64,000 nt of DNA. It comes from a plasmid. Shown here in pieces: positions 18,560 through 29,297 of this stretch. Location: the sequence record CP088595.1, one strand, 5' to 3'. Within the stretch, counting starts at the first letter, position 1, and each line of letters starts with the position of its first letter. Under the pieces are notes generated by a model, which had not been told where the DNA came from, did no database searches, and saw nothing but the letters and a program-made list of their open reading frames with translations. A program made the position numbers and the translations under genes.

Positions 18560-21500
18560 ATGAACATAAACCGTTTCATCTTCACTATCGAAGACTGTCT
18601 GAACACGCTATCCCGTTTCTCTGTCGCAAGCAGTTTTGTTGAGTATTGCGATTTACGTACTGTAATTGGTCTGGACAGACAGGATCGTGAACGTCGCCCA
18701 TGGCTTAATTCGCCCTATATTGCAGCCACAAAGCGTGGAGAATATCTCTCTGTCTTTGAAGTCAGCGGTGCTTTCAGGGAAATGGATGAAGCATCCGACC
18801 AGACTGGCCCTGGTTCACTGGAATCGCTGATCACCAGCATGAGTGACAGCCTGAATACGGCATATAAAAACAGCGGTCATAAAATCAGCTGCGTTTTCGA
18901 GCGTGACCCTGAAATGGGGAAAGAAGAAATCGAAGACATGGTCGCCCCACAAAAACGCTCACTGGCTAATACAGGTATCCAGTTACAGGATGTGGTCGAT
19001 GAGAAAGTCACAACACTGTCCCCATGGCTGGTCCGGGAGCGTTGCTGGCTGGCGATCTGGAGTGGACCCGACCTTATCAGCAACAGCGATCGCACCGCCC
19101 ATGATGAGCTTGTCAGAAGACTGGCTGAACGGGTACCGAAAGCACGCTTTGCCCAGTCCCCCTGGCAGTGGACCTTATCTGCACTGAAAATCCGCCACGA
19201 AGCTTTTCTTGATAATGTGGAACAGGCACTGAGACATTCATCTGATGGCCTGATTCTCCGGCTACTGGATATACACGAGGTCGGACGTGAAATACGTCGT
19301 CAGACAGAACGGCACAGCACACCGCGTAACTGGCAACCCCACCTGCCTGAAGATGCCCAGCCAGCGGGATATCGCTGGACTGACGATGAATCCGTACTAC
19401 ATGCTCCTTCATTGCATTTGCAGTTATTCAACACGCAGGTGACCACACAGGGCAACCTGGTTCAGGCGGGCGGACTCTGGCACGGAATGGTATCGATTAC
19501 TTTACCTCCGCAAAATCTGCAGACGTTTAACGAACTGGTCCGTGCTGTCCCCCGCGCAGTCCCCTGGCGCATCAGAATGGATCTGATGCCCGGCGGGATG
19601 AAAGCTCTTAATCTGAAGAAAACGCTTCTGACTTACAGCAGCTTCATTTCTGCCGTTCGTCCAATGTATGAATCCGTTATGACCCTGGCGGCAACGGATG
19701 AAAAAGAACCTGTCTGCATAATGACCATCATGGCCTCCACGTGGGGAAAAACACGTGAAATATGCACACGAAACCAGGCCATTCTGAAATCGGCCATTGA
19801 AGGCTGGGGCGTATGTGGCACCACGACAACATTTGGTGATCCCCGACGCGCCTGGGTGAATACCATTCTCGCGGCATCCGGAGGCTCCGGCCCGGTTCCC
19901 CTGTATCCCCCGTTGTCACATGCCATCTCGCTTTTCCCACTTAACAGGGCAGGCTCTGTCTGGCGAGGCAAAGGGAATCTGATGTTACATACAGAAGACG
20001 GTTCCGCATTTGAGGTTGGTCTGGCGTCATCCCAACAAAATAAACATACAGAACTGGCACCAGGCGATCCGGGACTGGGTAAATCAGTTCTGATTAATAC
20101 GTTGTCGGAAATACAGATATCATCTGCTCAGAAAAACCTGCCCTTCATTGCCTATATCGATAAAGGATACAGTGCTCAGGGACTGGTTCAGCTTATTCGC
20201 GACAGTCTTCCTCCGGAAAGAAAAGACGAAGCTGTCGGTATTATTCTGAGCAATGATCCGGAATACACCCGTAACCTTTTTGACGTGATGTACGGCGCTA
20301 AAAAGCCTATTACGCCGGAAAAGAATTTCATGTCATCGGTGCTGTGTGCTCTCTGTGTCGATACCGGTACCGGTCAACCCTGTAACCCCGGAGACACCCG
20401 ACAAATTATCAACCAGCTTATCGAGCTGGCTTTTAAAGAGTACGGTGAAAATAATCCGCGACTTTATCGCGCCTCAACGGAAGACCTGGTGGATTCAGCA
20501 CTGCAGGACTCGGGACTGTATGAAAAACATGATGCAGCCTGGTGGGCCAGATCAACCTGGTTCGAAGTCCGGGATATGCTCCACAATGCCGGGTATATCA
20601 TGGCGGCTCAGCGGGCACATTATCAGGCAATGCCCCAGCTTCCCGAAGTATCCTCTATGCTGGGCCATACCAGTCTCAGGGATGTTTTCGGTACTGTTCA
20701 GCGTGATGGTTCAAACGAACTTCTGCTGGACTACATCCGCCGCGCCCTGGAGCAGGGACATAACGACTACCCCATGATATCCGGGTATACCCGGTTTATG
20801 ATCAACCCGGAAACCCGGGTCATCGCTGTCGATCTGAATAATGTTGCCGGTGACAAAACGCCTGCAGGCAGGCTTAAAACCGGCATCATGTACCTGCTTG
20901 CAGGTCAGATCGCCGGTGGTGACTTCACCCTGCCACAATACAGGGATGAAGTGTTAAAGCAGCTTCCACGGGAATACCATGAAATCGCTCTTAAACGTAT
21001 TAACCAACTTGATCAGGAGGTTAAGACAAAAGTTTATGATGAACTGCATAACGCCCGGGGCATTGACTTCATCTGGGAAAATCTGGATACCCAGGAGCGT
21101 GAGCAACGCAAGTTTGCTATCCGCACGGTTCTGAGTACTCAGTATCTGAGGGACTACCCGGAAAGTGTTCTTAAGTCAGCAAATACTCTCTGGTTACTGC
21201 GCTACAAACCCGAAGATATCCCCGTACTGAGGGATAACTTCAACGTGCCTGAATTTATGCTGAAACGCTTCCTGAAAATGCCGGAAGGCCCGGCACCGGA
21301 TGGTAGTGGTGTTCCTGTTCTGGGAGTATTCAGGGTAAAAAGTGGCACGCTTGCGAGAATACTCAAATTTACCGTCGGTCCACTGGAGCTATGGGCGCTG
21401 AACTCATCACCAAAAGACAGTGCCCTGCGTAAAACGCTGACAAATAAGTTAGGTTCAGTTCGGGCACGTAAGATTCTGGCCGAAAACTTCCCCAGAGGTT

Positions 21501-21604
21501 CTGCAACGTCATTAATTGAGCACCGGGCGGGCCAACATAACAGTGACAATGTTATTGAAGATCTGGCCTCGGAGCTCATCCGAAAACAGGGATACAATCT
21601 CTGA
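18560..21604 (+). CDS. traU: TraU (1014 aa), DotO/IcmB-like NTPase
   Basis: Length equals R64 TraU when started at MNINRF (18560). Position. Confidence 0.75.
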   Translation: MNINRFIFTIEDCLNTLSRFSVASSFVEYCDLRTVIGLDRQDRERRPWLNSPYIAATKRGEYLSVFEVSGAFREMDEASDQTGPGSLESLITSMSDSLNTAYKNSGHKISCVFERDPEMGKEEIEDMVAPQKRSLANTGIQLQDVVDEKVTTLSPWLVRERCWLAIWSGPDLISNSDRTAHDELVRRLAERVPKARFAQSPWQWTLSALKIRHEAFLDNVEQALRHSSDGLILRLLDIHEVGREIRRQTERHSTPRNWQPHLPEDAQPAGYRWTDDESVLHAPSLHLQLFNTQVTTQGNLVQAGGLWHGMVSITLPPQNLQTFNELVRAVPRAVPWRIRMDLMPGGMKALNLKKTLLTYSSFISAVRPMYESVMTLAATDEKEPVCIMTIMASTWGKTREICTRNQAILKSAIEGWGVCGTTTTFGDPRRAWVNTILAASGGSGPVPLYPPLSHAISLFPLNRAGSVWRGKGNLMLHTEDGSAFEVGLASSQQNKHTELAPGDPGLGKSVLINTLSEIQISSAQKNLPFIAYIDKGYSAQGLVQLIRDSLPPERKDEAVGIILSNDPEYTRNLFDVMYGAKKPITPEKNFMSSVLCALCVDTGTGQPCNPGDTRQIINQLIELAFKEYGENNPRLYRASTEDLVDSALQDSGLYEKHDAAWWARSTWFEVRDMLHNAGYIMAAQRAHYQAMPQLPEVSSMLGHTSLRDVFGTVQRDGSNELLLDYIRRALEQGHNDYPMISGYTRFMINPETRVIAVDLNNVAGDKTPAGRLKTGIMYLLAGQIAGGDFTLPQYRDEVLKQLPREYHEIALKRINQLDQEVKTKVYDELHNARGIDFIWENLDTQEREQRKFAIRTVLSTQYLRDYPESVLKSANTLWLLRYKPEDIPVLRDNFNVPEFMLKRFLKMPEGPAPDGSGVPVLGVFRVKSGTLARILKFTVGPLELWALNSSPKDSALRKTLTNKLGSVRARKILAENFPRGSATSLIEHRAGQHNSDNVIEDLASELIRKQGYNL

Positions 21605-22218
21605 TGTGTACAATTCATATCACCCCACGCTGCCGGAGACCTGCCAGAGGGCAGGTATTTCTTAAAAAGCTTGAGGTAAAAGGTGACAGTTTCTCATTCA
21701 CTCTGCCGTCACGTCTCTTCAGGTTACATCCGGCCCCCAATCCCAGAGTGATATACGCTTCGGATGCCAGAACACAGGGAAAGGTTACAGGCATGCGGCT
21801 GTTGTTGCCGTCCAGCACAGATGAGCTGATAACAACGGCAATATGGCAGGTTTCTGTCCCGGATGAAGCACCATTCGACGTTCAGCATGTCATCCAGTGG
21901 ATACTCCCTTCACCGCTGGCTTCGCTGATGTCCGATGATACCTGGTTATGGCCATCCGTTCCCGGAACGCCGGCACTGAGTGCCGGTGACTGGCCTGTTA
22001 TGGATACTGACCCTTCCACCTTACGGCGCGTCAGACGTCGTTCTTTCAGCATCATCGATAACCGGAACAGGAAAGGTTATATCACCAGGCGATATCAGTG
22101 TTTCCCACTGGCCCCACTACCTGAAGACAGAAAATACGACAGCCTTCCTGACCTTGTGCTCCATCCCGAGCAGGAGACAATAAAATGCAAAGAAAAACAT
22201 TACTCGCAGCCCTTATAA
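21604..22218 (+). CDS. traV: TraV (204 aa)
   Basis: Coupled to the traU stop. Position. Confidence 0.5.
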   Translation: MCTIHITPRCRRPARGQVFLKKLEVKGDSFSFTLPSRLFRLHPAPNPRVIYASDARTQGKVTGMRLLLPSSTDELITTAIWQVSVPDEAPFDVQHVIQWILPSPLASLMSDDTWLWPSVPGTPALSAGDWPVMDTDPSTLRRVRRRSFSIIDNRNRKGYITRRYQCFPLAPLPEDRKYDSLPDLVLHPEQETIKCKEKHYSQPL

Positions 22219-23387
22219 CCACCCTGAGTGGAACGGCATGCCAGGCTCATGCTTATTCAGTCACCGTCGTCGCCAGCCGGCCTGTTGAAGAGCAGGTCAT
22301 CCCCAGAATGGAAGCCATCAAAGATGTCCTTGGCAACATACTGAGTACCCAGACAGCCACGGGTACCGCTATCAATCAGAACTCTGAAAAGCTGGCAAGT
22401 GTCATTGCCCAGAACGGACAGGCGACACGTCAGCAGATGATTTTCAGTAATGAAACTCAGCGCCTCGAGGAGGCACGGAAAAGCTTCACCGTGCCAGACT
22501 CCATCTGCAGTGAATCCGCATCAGGGATTGCAACAGAAAGCAAAAGTGCCTCAGCATCCGCTGCCTCAAAACTCAGTAAAGGTGGCGGTGTGAGCAACCG
22601 TAGCATCCGCGACCGTCTGGCCAGCGCAGCAAACTCTCCCGTGCGGGAAGCTTATGATGGCGCGGCCATACACGCCAGTTACTGTACAGAAGCAGAATAT
22701 GCACGTTTTGGAGGAACCGCCGTTTGTCCTTCTGTGGGCGAAATACCAGGTGGAGACAGTCAGGTACGCTCGATTTACCACGGCGCAGGTACAGCGGACA
22801 CACCTGCAGCACTGACATGGGATCAGAAGCAAATAGATGCAGCGACGGCTTACATGAAAAACACTTCCCGCCCCTCTGCCGGTCGTGCTCTGGGTAAAGG
22901 AGAAGTGAATACCCAGAGTGGGCGAACCTACGTCGGACTCCAGAACGAATACAACGGCATCATTGATTCTGCGTCGAATCCCCAACTGACGCTGATTGCT
23001 GACAGCACGCCTGATGAAAGCACACGTAAAGCACTGGCTGAAACACTGCAGTCAGACTCAGCAGCCGCTTACTTCGACCAGGTGGCTTCACCAGAAGCAA
23101 AAGCACGGGGATATATGAGTACCCGTGAGTTTGAAGCTTTTGAGGCTGGCCGGCGCTACGCCAACACAGCATACCTGGTGGATTTACAGGAAATGCAGGG
23201 AGATAACCTGCTCCGTGAACTGGTAAGAATCACTGCGCAAATGAACTGGCAGCTGAACGACCTGAAAGAACAGATCCGCCAGGGTAATGTCATCTCTGGA
23301 CAGCAACTGGCTCTGACCGCCCGCCAGTATTATGAAAAACAACTCGGTAGCCTTGAGAAAACAATCAATCAGGCAAACGCACGTTGA
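22185..23387 (+). CDS. traW: TraW (400 aa), secreted
   Basis: Signal peptide (cleavage near AHA-YS). Position. Confidence 0.55.
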   Translation: MQRKTLLAALITTLSGTACQAHAYSVTVVASRPVEEQVIPRMEAIKDVLGNILSTQTATGTAINQNSEKLASVIAQNGQATRQQMIFSNETQRLEEARKSFTVPDSICSESASGIATESKSASASAASKLSKGGGVSNRSIRDRLASAANSPVREAYDGAAIHASYCTEAEYARFGGTAVCPSVGEIPGGDSQVRSIYHGAGTADTPAALTWDQKQIDAATAYMKNTSRPSAGRALGKGEVNTQSGRTYVGLQNEYNGIIDSASNPQLTLIADSTPDESTRKALAETLQSDSAAAYFDQVASPEAKARGYMSTREFEAFEAGRRYANTAYLVDLQEMQGDNLLRELVRITAQMNWQLNDLKEQIRQGNVISGQQLALTARQYYEKQLGSLEKTINQANAR

Positions 23388-23415
23388 AAGCTGACGTCAG
23401 AACAGGACTGAAAAA

Positions 23416-24000
23416 ATGAATAAGTTACCGGAAAATTCAGACCAGACGAAAAACGTCAAAAAATCACCATCCATCACCCGCATAGCCACCCGGGGGATTA
23501 TTAACATTTTGGTTCCTCTGATGGAGACTCGCCTGATAACGAATTCTGTACAGCATATGCTGAAGCAACAAAAAAGCAGGCTGGAAAAATTCCGTCAGGT
23601 AAATAATAAAAAGGCGCAACTCTGCCTCTCGTGGGAAGAAGCTCTGCTGGCCAGCCATATGTCAGTAGACGATCTGGATCGCCGTTTCCGTCGGCGCAGA
23701 ACAGCATGGCGGTTATGCTGCTGGAGTCTGCTGGCCATCGCTTTATTCCTCAGCGGTATGCTCTTTGCCGCCTCCTCATTACCTTTGATGACACTGGTAC
23801 GCGCCATCAGCACTCTTATGTTGATACTGTCAGGCGTCGCTCTTTGTGCTTCCAGAGCTCTGATAGTTACATACCGCCTCTGGCAGTTGCATGAACGAAA
23901 AGTCAGCGAACCCGAGCAGGGGACTTTCCGTGATTTTCTGAACGACCGCAATGGCTGGCGCAATGCCACATTAATTGCCGTAACCAGTAAACAATACTGA
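23416..24000 (+). CDS. traX: TraX (194 aa), membrane
   Basis: Hydrophobic C-terminal half. Position. Confidence 0.5.
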   Translation: MNKLPENSDQTKNVKKSPSITRIATRGIINILVPLMETRLITNSVQHMLKQQKSRLEKFRQVNNKKAQLCLSWEEALLASHMSVDDLDRRFRRRRTAWRLCCWSLLAIALFLSGMLFAASSLPLMTLVRAISTLMLILSGVALCASRALIVTYRLWQLHERKVSEPEQGTFRDFLNDRNGWRNATLIAVTSKQY

Positions 24001-24027
24001 TCACGTCCAGATGCCAGTACCACTGGC

Positions 24028-26265
24028 ATGTCGCCATCCCCCTTAATTAAATCCTGTGTGGCCTTTGCCCATACGCAATTCTATTCCGGAGTTACTGTGA
24101 AAATTTTACTTCGCGCACTCTGTGCAGGCCTTGCTATATCCTCACTGCCGGCAATGGCTTCAGTGACCTATCAGGATATTGTGTCTGCCGCAACCAATCC
24201 TGACGATCTGTCCCGTCAGGCGCTGGTCACGATATTCGGTGATGTAGTCACCAATCCACTGTCAACCAGCGCCCCCACTCTGATCGGAAGCATGTTCGGG
24301 GCGTTCAACAGTATCATCGCCGTACTTGCCGTTGTCTGGTTTATGTTCATTGGTATCCGTCATGTTGTGCGTTCGGGGCATCAGGGACAGGTATTCAGCA
24401 CCGGACGCGATATCGTCGGCACACTGAGTGTCGTTGCAGGTTTTCTGATGATCGTTCCAACCGGAAATGGCTGGAGTATCGCTCAGCTCATTATGTTATG
24501 GGGCGCATCGATAATGGGGGTTGGGTCCGCCAATGTGATGGTGCAACTTGCCGCTGATAATATCGCAAATGGTTATTCAATGACTGTACAGCCAGTTCAG
24601 GCATCCACACGAACAGCAGCGCGTGGCATTTTTGAAATGGAACTGTGTAAGTATGCGGTTAACGCAGGACTAAATGATTTTAATCAGACGGTCAAATCCT
24701 CGACTTCACTGATGACAGAATCAGCTAAAACCGCCAGTGGTAATTACACTGTCACGGTATCCAATGGCAGCGGTATCTGTGGTTCAGCCAGCCTGTCAGT
24801 AGAAGGAAACGGAACAACAGATCAATCGACGATTGGAAAATTCTTTAATCCCTTCAGTAAAAACGAATACAGCGGTGTTATCTCAGCACAACGTGCAGCC
24901 ATGGATAATATGATTAGCGACATGGACAACGCTGCCAGTGAGTTTGTGACAACATTTCTGGAAAAAAGAAATTCTGGCAACGGAACACTGCCGGATATCG
25001 AGACACGAATTCAGAAAGCAGCCGACGAATACGAACGTGCTGTGCAAAAATCGCTACCCACTGATAACGGAGAGCAATCCAGAAAAGAGGCTCTTAAATC
25101 TTATCTCACAACCTACGGGTGGGTAACGCTTGGCGCATGGTATCAGACCTTTGCCACTGCTAACCAGCGTCTGGCAGAGCTGGCTGACAGAGCTCCAGCT
25201 GTAACTTCAATGTCATCACTGGGAGAAGTTGGTGATACTGACTTATTCAGTGCGGTCATGAGTGCCTATAGGACGCAACTGCAGAATTCCTCCTATACGC
25301 CACCGCTGGGCACAGTAGTATCATCCAGTGAACAACGCATGGCAAATGCACAAGATCCGAAATCTGCCTTGTCTGAAATTATGGGCCCCCTTGTTAGTCT
25401 CACTAACAGGATTGCAACGGAAACAAGTGGCACAGGCACAACCAGTGCTCAAATTAATCCTCTGATAAAAATGAAAAATATCGGAGATATAACAATGGTA
25501 AGTGCAGAAGGAATCTGGACTATATATACAACGGCCAGAGTTGTCGTTGCCGGTGGCAAAGATTCAATTCTTGTAAAATTCTTTAACTCACTAACAGGTG
25601 CCGCTTCGATGCTTACCGCGCTGTTTGAAGCACTTGCACCACCTGTTTATTTTCTTTTGTTCCTGATGTTCTGTGCTGGATTTTCCTTATCAATTTACCT
25701 GCCATTCATTCCGTTTATTTTCTGGATGACAGGCATCGGGAACTGGATAGTCAGCGTATTAATAGGATGTACCGCCGGGCCGCTGTGGGCTGCAACACAT
25801 CTCGGGACATCAGAAGACAGAGGAAGTCGGGCAGCCTACGGTTATATATACTTAATTGATAGTATGATAAGGCCGCCCATCATGGTCTTTGGTTTTTTCT
25901 TTGCTTCTGTAGCCATCATCGCCGTAGGCACAATACTGAATGCATTATTTGGCGCTGCCCTGGTTAACGTACAGTTCAATTCGCTGACCGGTATTTTCAG
26001 TCTTGCTGGTTTCTTGCTGATATACGCCAGAATTTGTACAACCACTGTAGCTGCCATATTTGCCCTTCAGGCCTACCTACCTGATCATGTTATTAACTTC
26101 CTAGGGGGACGTGATGGAGCCAACACGCTTGGCAGCATGGCAAATTCTGTTAAAGAAATATTTATTGGAGGAAGTCGCAATATCCGACATACTCCTGGAA
26201 TGAAAACAGATCGTCTTAAAGATAATACAAAAGGAAGTGACGACAAGGACGGAATAAAAGGATAA
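24028..26265 (+). CDS. traY: TraY (745 aa), DotA-like polytopic membrane protein
   Basis: Length equals R64 TraY. Many TM segments. Position. Confidence 0.75.
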   Translation: MSPSPLIKSCVAFAHTQFYSGVTVKILLRALCAGLAISSLPAMASVTYQDIVSAATNPDDLSRQALVTIFGDVVTNPLSTSAPTLIGSMFGAFNSIIAVLAVVWFMFIGIRHVVRSGHQGQVFSTGRDIVGTLSVVAGFLMIVPTGNGWSIAQLIMLWGASIMGVGSANVMVQLAADNIANGYSMTVQPVQASTRTAARGIFEMELCKYAVNAGLNDFNQTVKSSTSLMTESAKTASGNYTVTVSNGSGICGSASLSVEGNGTTDQSTIGKFFNPFSKNEYSGVISAQRAAMDNMISDMDNAASEFVTTFLEKRNSGNGTLPDIETRIQKAADEYERAVQKSLPTDNGEQSRKEALKSYLTTYGWVTLGAWYQTFATANQRLAELADRAPAVTSMSSLGEVGDTDLFSAVMSAYRTQLQNSSYTPPLGTVVSSSEQRMANAQDPKSALSEIMGPLVSLTNRIATETSGTGTTSAQINPLIKMKNIGDITMVSAEGIWTIYTTARVVVAGGKDSILVKFFNSLTGAASMLTALFEALAPPVYFLLFLMFCAGFSLSIYLPFIPFIFWMTGIGNWIVSVLIGCTAGPLWAATHLGTSEDRGSRAAYGYIYLIDSMIRPPIMVFGFFFASVAIIAVGTILNALFGAALVNVQFNSLTGIFSLAGFLLIYARICTTTVAAIFALQAYLPDHVINFLGGRDGANTLGSMANSVKEIFIGGSRNIRHTPGMKTDRLKDNTKGSDDKDGIKG

Positions 26266-26335
26266 TATCAATATAAATATTGCACAACCTCCCCATCGGC
26301 ATTAAAATAATAGATAGTACGAGGGGAGGCATTAT

Positions 26336-26998
26336 ATGAAAGCTAAAAGAGAAACAACAGACAGATTTCCAACCTGGTGGCTATTTTATTATGTATTAAG
26401 AAAAGCTTATTTCTTTCTTGGAATCCCTTTTTTTCTGTTCTGCGCATTAGGCTTTACCGAAATGCTATGTTCTGATCGTTATTTCGGAAATAAGGTCGAA
26501 GATTATGTTGTCACTTTTGGTAGTTGGTTCTTATTACTTGCGCCAGGCATATGGATGTACTCACGTGCAAAAACAAGGAGAGAAAAAATAAGAAAAGTTG
26601 TACAAACAATAAAAGAGTCAGGCTTCTACTCTCCAGAGAAGGGGTATGAAGGATTATCTTTAACTCAGGGAGCTTATTTCGGTATTGACCTTAAAAATGG
26701 CACAATGTTGTATGTCCGTATTTATCCAGGCAACATTATGGATGTTATCGGTTTTGACATTCATAATTTCACTCGTACTGTAACAGACGACAAAACACTG
26801 GAAATTCATACGAAATACATCAACCTGCCAATGGTTCCTATTCCATCATGGTGTACTCATCCAGAAACCGCATCAAACACCATGCACGCGATGGCAAGTC
26901 GAGGATATGATTACCCTGTCGACTTTCCTCGCCTGATTCAGGAAAAGCGTAAGGAGTGGGAGCAGATTGCAGGCATACCTGTAGCCGAAGTATTTTAA
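26336..26998 (+). CDS. excA: Entry-exclusion protein ExcA (220 aa)
   Basis: Length and membrane topology. Position after traY. Confidence 0.7.
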   Translation: MKAKRETTDRFPTWWLFYYVLRKAYFFLGIPFFLFCALGFTEMLCSDRYFGNKVEDYVVTFGSWFLLLAPGIWMYSRAKTRREKIRKVVQTIKESGFYSPEKGYEGLSLTQGAYFGIDLKNGTMLYVRIYPGNIMDVIGFDIHNFTRTVTDDKTLEIHTKYINLPMVPIPSWCTHPETASNTMHAMASRGYDYPVDFPRLIQEKRKEWEQIAGIPVAEVF

Positions 26999-27069
26999 GA
27001 TAAGCTCCCTCCATAACAGCCGGTTCAAATGAGCCGGCTTTTGTTCATTACAACAGATAACTTATGCCG

Positions 27070-27285
27070 TTACCGATAAATTCGACCAAGTGCTTTAATC
27101 GCAGCAATTTTTATTTCCATATCATCACTTTGACTCAATCTATGTAATTCACGAGTAATGTTCTCCGCCTGACACCGGCCTTCACCTAATGCATAGATCG
27201 CAGCAAGTGTAACGTCTTTTGATTTACTCTTCATCATTTCAAACAAGAAAGTATTAGCTATCGCAGGAGGCATGCTCATAATCAA
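27070..27285 (-). CDS. Small HEAT/PBS-lyase-repeat protein (71 aa)
   Basis: Two AAIxALG repeats. AAGAGGA RBS 7 nt upstream. AT-rich. Confidence 0.45.
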   Translation of the reverse strand: MIMSMPPAIANTFLFEMMKSKSKDVTLAAIYALGEGRCQAENITRELHRLSQSDDMEIKIAAIKALGRIYR

Positions 27286-27670
27286 TCCTCTTCATGAAAT
27301 AAACAATGGCACTCACTTACAAACAGGAGTCCACTATCGCAAGCGACTCAACTTAGCAATATCTCTCAATTTGAATGAAAAAACCAGATGGCATGTGACA
27401 GGGAACCGTCCGCATGATGTCCGTGACCATTTAACCCCATAAGCTACCCTTGTCACAAACGGGCGCAGAACAGCCTGCCAGACAGACAACAAAACAAAAG
27501 TCCAAGATAAAACATGAATACCGGTATCTCAATGCGAAGAAATAATCTCCGTAGCCCCCCCCATGAGAAAAATATCATATGGGAGAAAATCGCAATTATC
27601 ACAGCCAGCGCATTCATTATTTTCGCTGTGCTCTGGCATTAATTATTTTCAACACAAAAAGGAAAAAACA

Positions 27671-27847
27671 ATGAATCTGGTAGACGCCTTTGTCAAAAAA
27701 GTAATATCCGGGCCATATGAAGAATATGGAAAATGGTGGATAGATGTCGAATACATTTCATGGGGTGTTCCCGGGAAAACAAGACTGATGTTTGAGTCAA
27801 AGGAGCAGGCACTGGAAGTTAAAGAAGGGTACAAATTTTTAACGTGA
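27671..27847 (+). CDS. Hypothetical 58-aa protein
   Basis: AAGGA RBS 9 nt upstream of the ATG. Alternative long form from 27563. Confidence 0.35.
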   Translation: MNLVDAFVKKVISGPYEEYGKWWIDVEYISWGVPGKTRLMFESKEQALEVKEGYKFLT

Positions 27848-27911
27848 GATCTCTTTTTGTTAAAGGGCAGGAAGCGGTAACTCCCTGCCCTTAGTTACGT
27901 TTCCAGGCTTA

Positions 27912-28208
27912 TCAGTCGATAAGTTCCCGGATCAGTTCCAGAACAGCAATCAGCGCGTTTGCAACGGCAACTACTGCCCTGAGAACGATGATTAACAGAT
28001 TAATCATCCGCTTCTCCATCACTGGAGAAAGAACCCCGTTGTTCGCTCTTACACTGCCTGTCACAACGGTTTCTATAGTGTCAGTTATAGACAGTTCTTC
28101 TCCGACCAGAGCACCAAAACCAGCACCACCTGATGTTTTGGCCAGGACTTGCAACCTGTTCTTCCCGCTGAACAATATGTCGGACAGAACATGCCTCAGA
28201 GCTGACAT
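27912..28208 (-). CDS. Hypothetical small membrane protein (98 aa), C-terminal hydrophobic helix
   Basis: ORF with a C-terminal helix INLLIIVLRAVVAVANALIAVL. Confidence 0.35.
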   Translation of the reverse strand: MSALRHVLSDILFSGKNRLQVLAKTSGGAGFGALVGEELSITDTIETVVTGSVRANNGVLSPVMEKRMINLLIIVLRAVVAVANALIAVLELIRELID

Positions 28209-28322
28209 GCCGAGTATACACTTATCCAGTACTTGCAGAAATATAATTCCAGACGTACTATCTACAAGTCAGTTATAGACAGTTCTTTTCCGACCAGAGC
28301 CACCCACTCTGTAACGGAACAG

Positions 28323-28356
28323 TAAAAAAACCGACCTCACCAGTCGGTTTTTTTAC
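28323..28356. terminator. Bidirectional rho-independent terminator
   Basis: AAAAAAACCGAC-ctcacca-GTCGGTTTTTTT. Confidence 0.6.
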
Positions 28357-28507
28357 ATCTGTTGTTTCTCAAAATCCGCCCGACATGCCCGTCACACCGG
28401 GGAAACTCATGCTTTGAATCAGAACCAATCATCTCAACTTTGCCGTCTCCTGAAAAAACTGGCACATTCAGTTCGATAACTACCCATAAATACAGAGAGA
28501 AAATCCG

Positions 28508-28759
28508 ATGTCAGAAAAGTGGAGTAAAGAATTCGACTCTTGCTTTCAGGTGGGGAGCATAGAAGAAATTGCCGATGCTCTCGAGAAACGCAGCGGAAGC
28601 GAGGAAAACGCGTTAGCCATGCTGGCAATGACAGCCTTCACACTCATGACCCGACGTGGTATCTGCGAAATGCAGAACGTGGCCCCCGATGGCAAAGGCA
28701 TTCGGCTGGAGCTAATCGGCTTCAGGGAAAATGAAACAATACCAGATACGCTTCATTGA
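28508..28759 (+). CDS. Hypothetical 83-aa protein
   Basis: ORF with a purine-rich leader. Confidence 0.35.
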   Translation: MSEKWSKEFDSCFQVGSIEEIADALEKRSGSEENALAMLAMTAFTLMTRRGICEMQNVAPDGKGIRLELIGFRENETIPDTLH

Positions 28760-29010
28760 AGAAGAAAGGGCGCAATGAGGTCAGCCTTCGCAACAAAGCG
28801 GCGGCAGAAAACCTGCCGCCGTGTTGCCCGTTAACGTTTAACTTCGTAGGCTAACGTTGCCACAAGCACTGTGTTTCCCTGCTGGAGCCGGAGTCCGCAA
28901 AGCGAATCCCTCACCATCCAGACAAAACACAGAATCGTCACACAGACGACGATTAACATCATTAAAAACGTTCGCTGTGGCATCATAGCCCCTCCATTGC
29001 CTTCCGGCGG

Positions 29011-29182
29011 TTATCGGGCTACTATAATGTTGTTGAGGCATTACAGTAGAGCCCTTGGTTGATTGATAAAAAAATCTCCAGGGGCTTTCTGCTGTATACC
29101 GTCCACAAAACGCTTTCGGCATACAGCCTCAAGCGCCCGCAGCTATTCTAACGACTTTCGTATCTGTAACAATCCTTTTATT
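29011..29182. repeat. Left copy of a ~170-bp direct repeat (about 95% identical to 30431-30602)
   Basis: Aligned by eye. Contains TACTATAAT and two internal inverted repeats. Confidence 0.8.
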
Positions 29183-29297
29183 ATTTGAATGATTCAGCGT
29201 TGTTTTTGAAGTTAACAACCAACCCAATACATGGTTCTCTACTTCACAACAACGCATGTTATGCTGATTTTAGTTAATAAAAGAATCCCCTTAGGAG

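Noticed and set aside
18467-21604. Longer traU start at 18467
   Set aside because: The start at 18560 (MNINRF) gives the expected 1014-aa length. The upstream extension overlaps traT.
28838-29122. 94-aa minus-strand ORF overlapping the left 170-bp repeat
   Set aside because: It lies almost entirely within the structured repeat, with no RBS. The equivalent frame is closed in the right copy.
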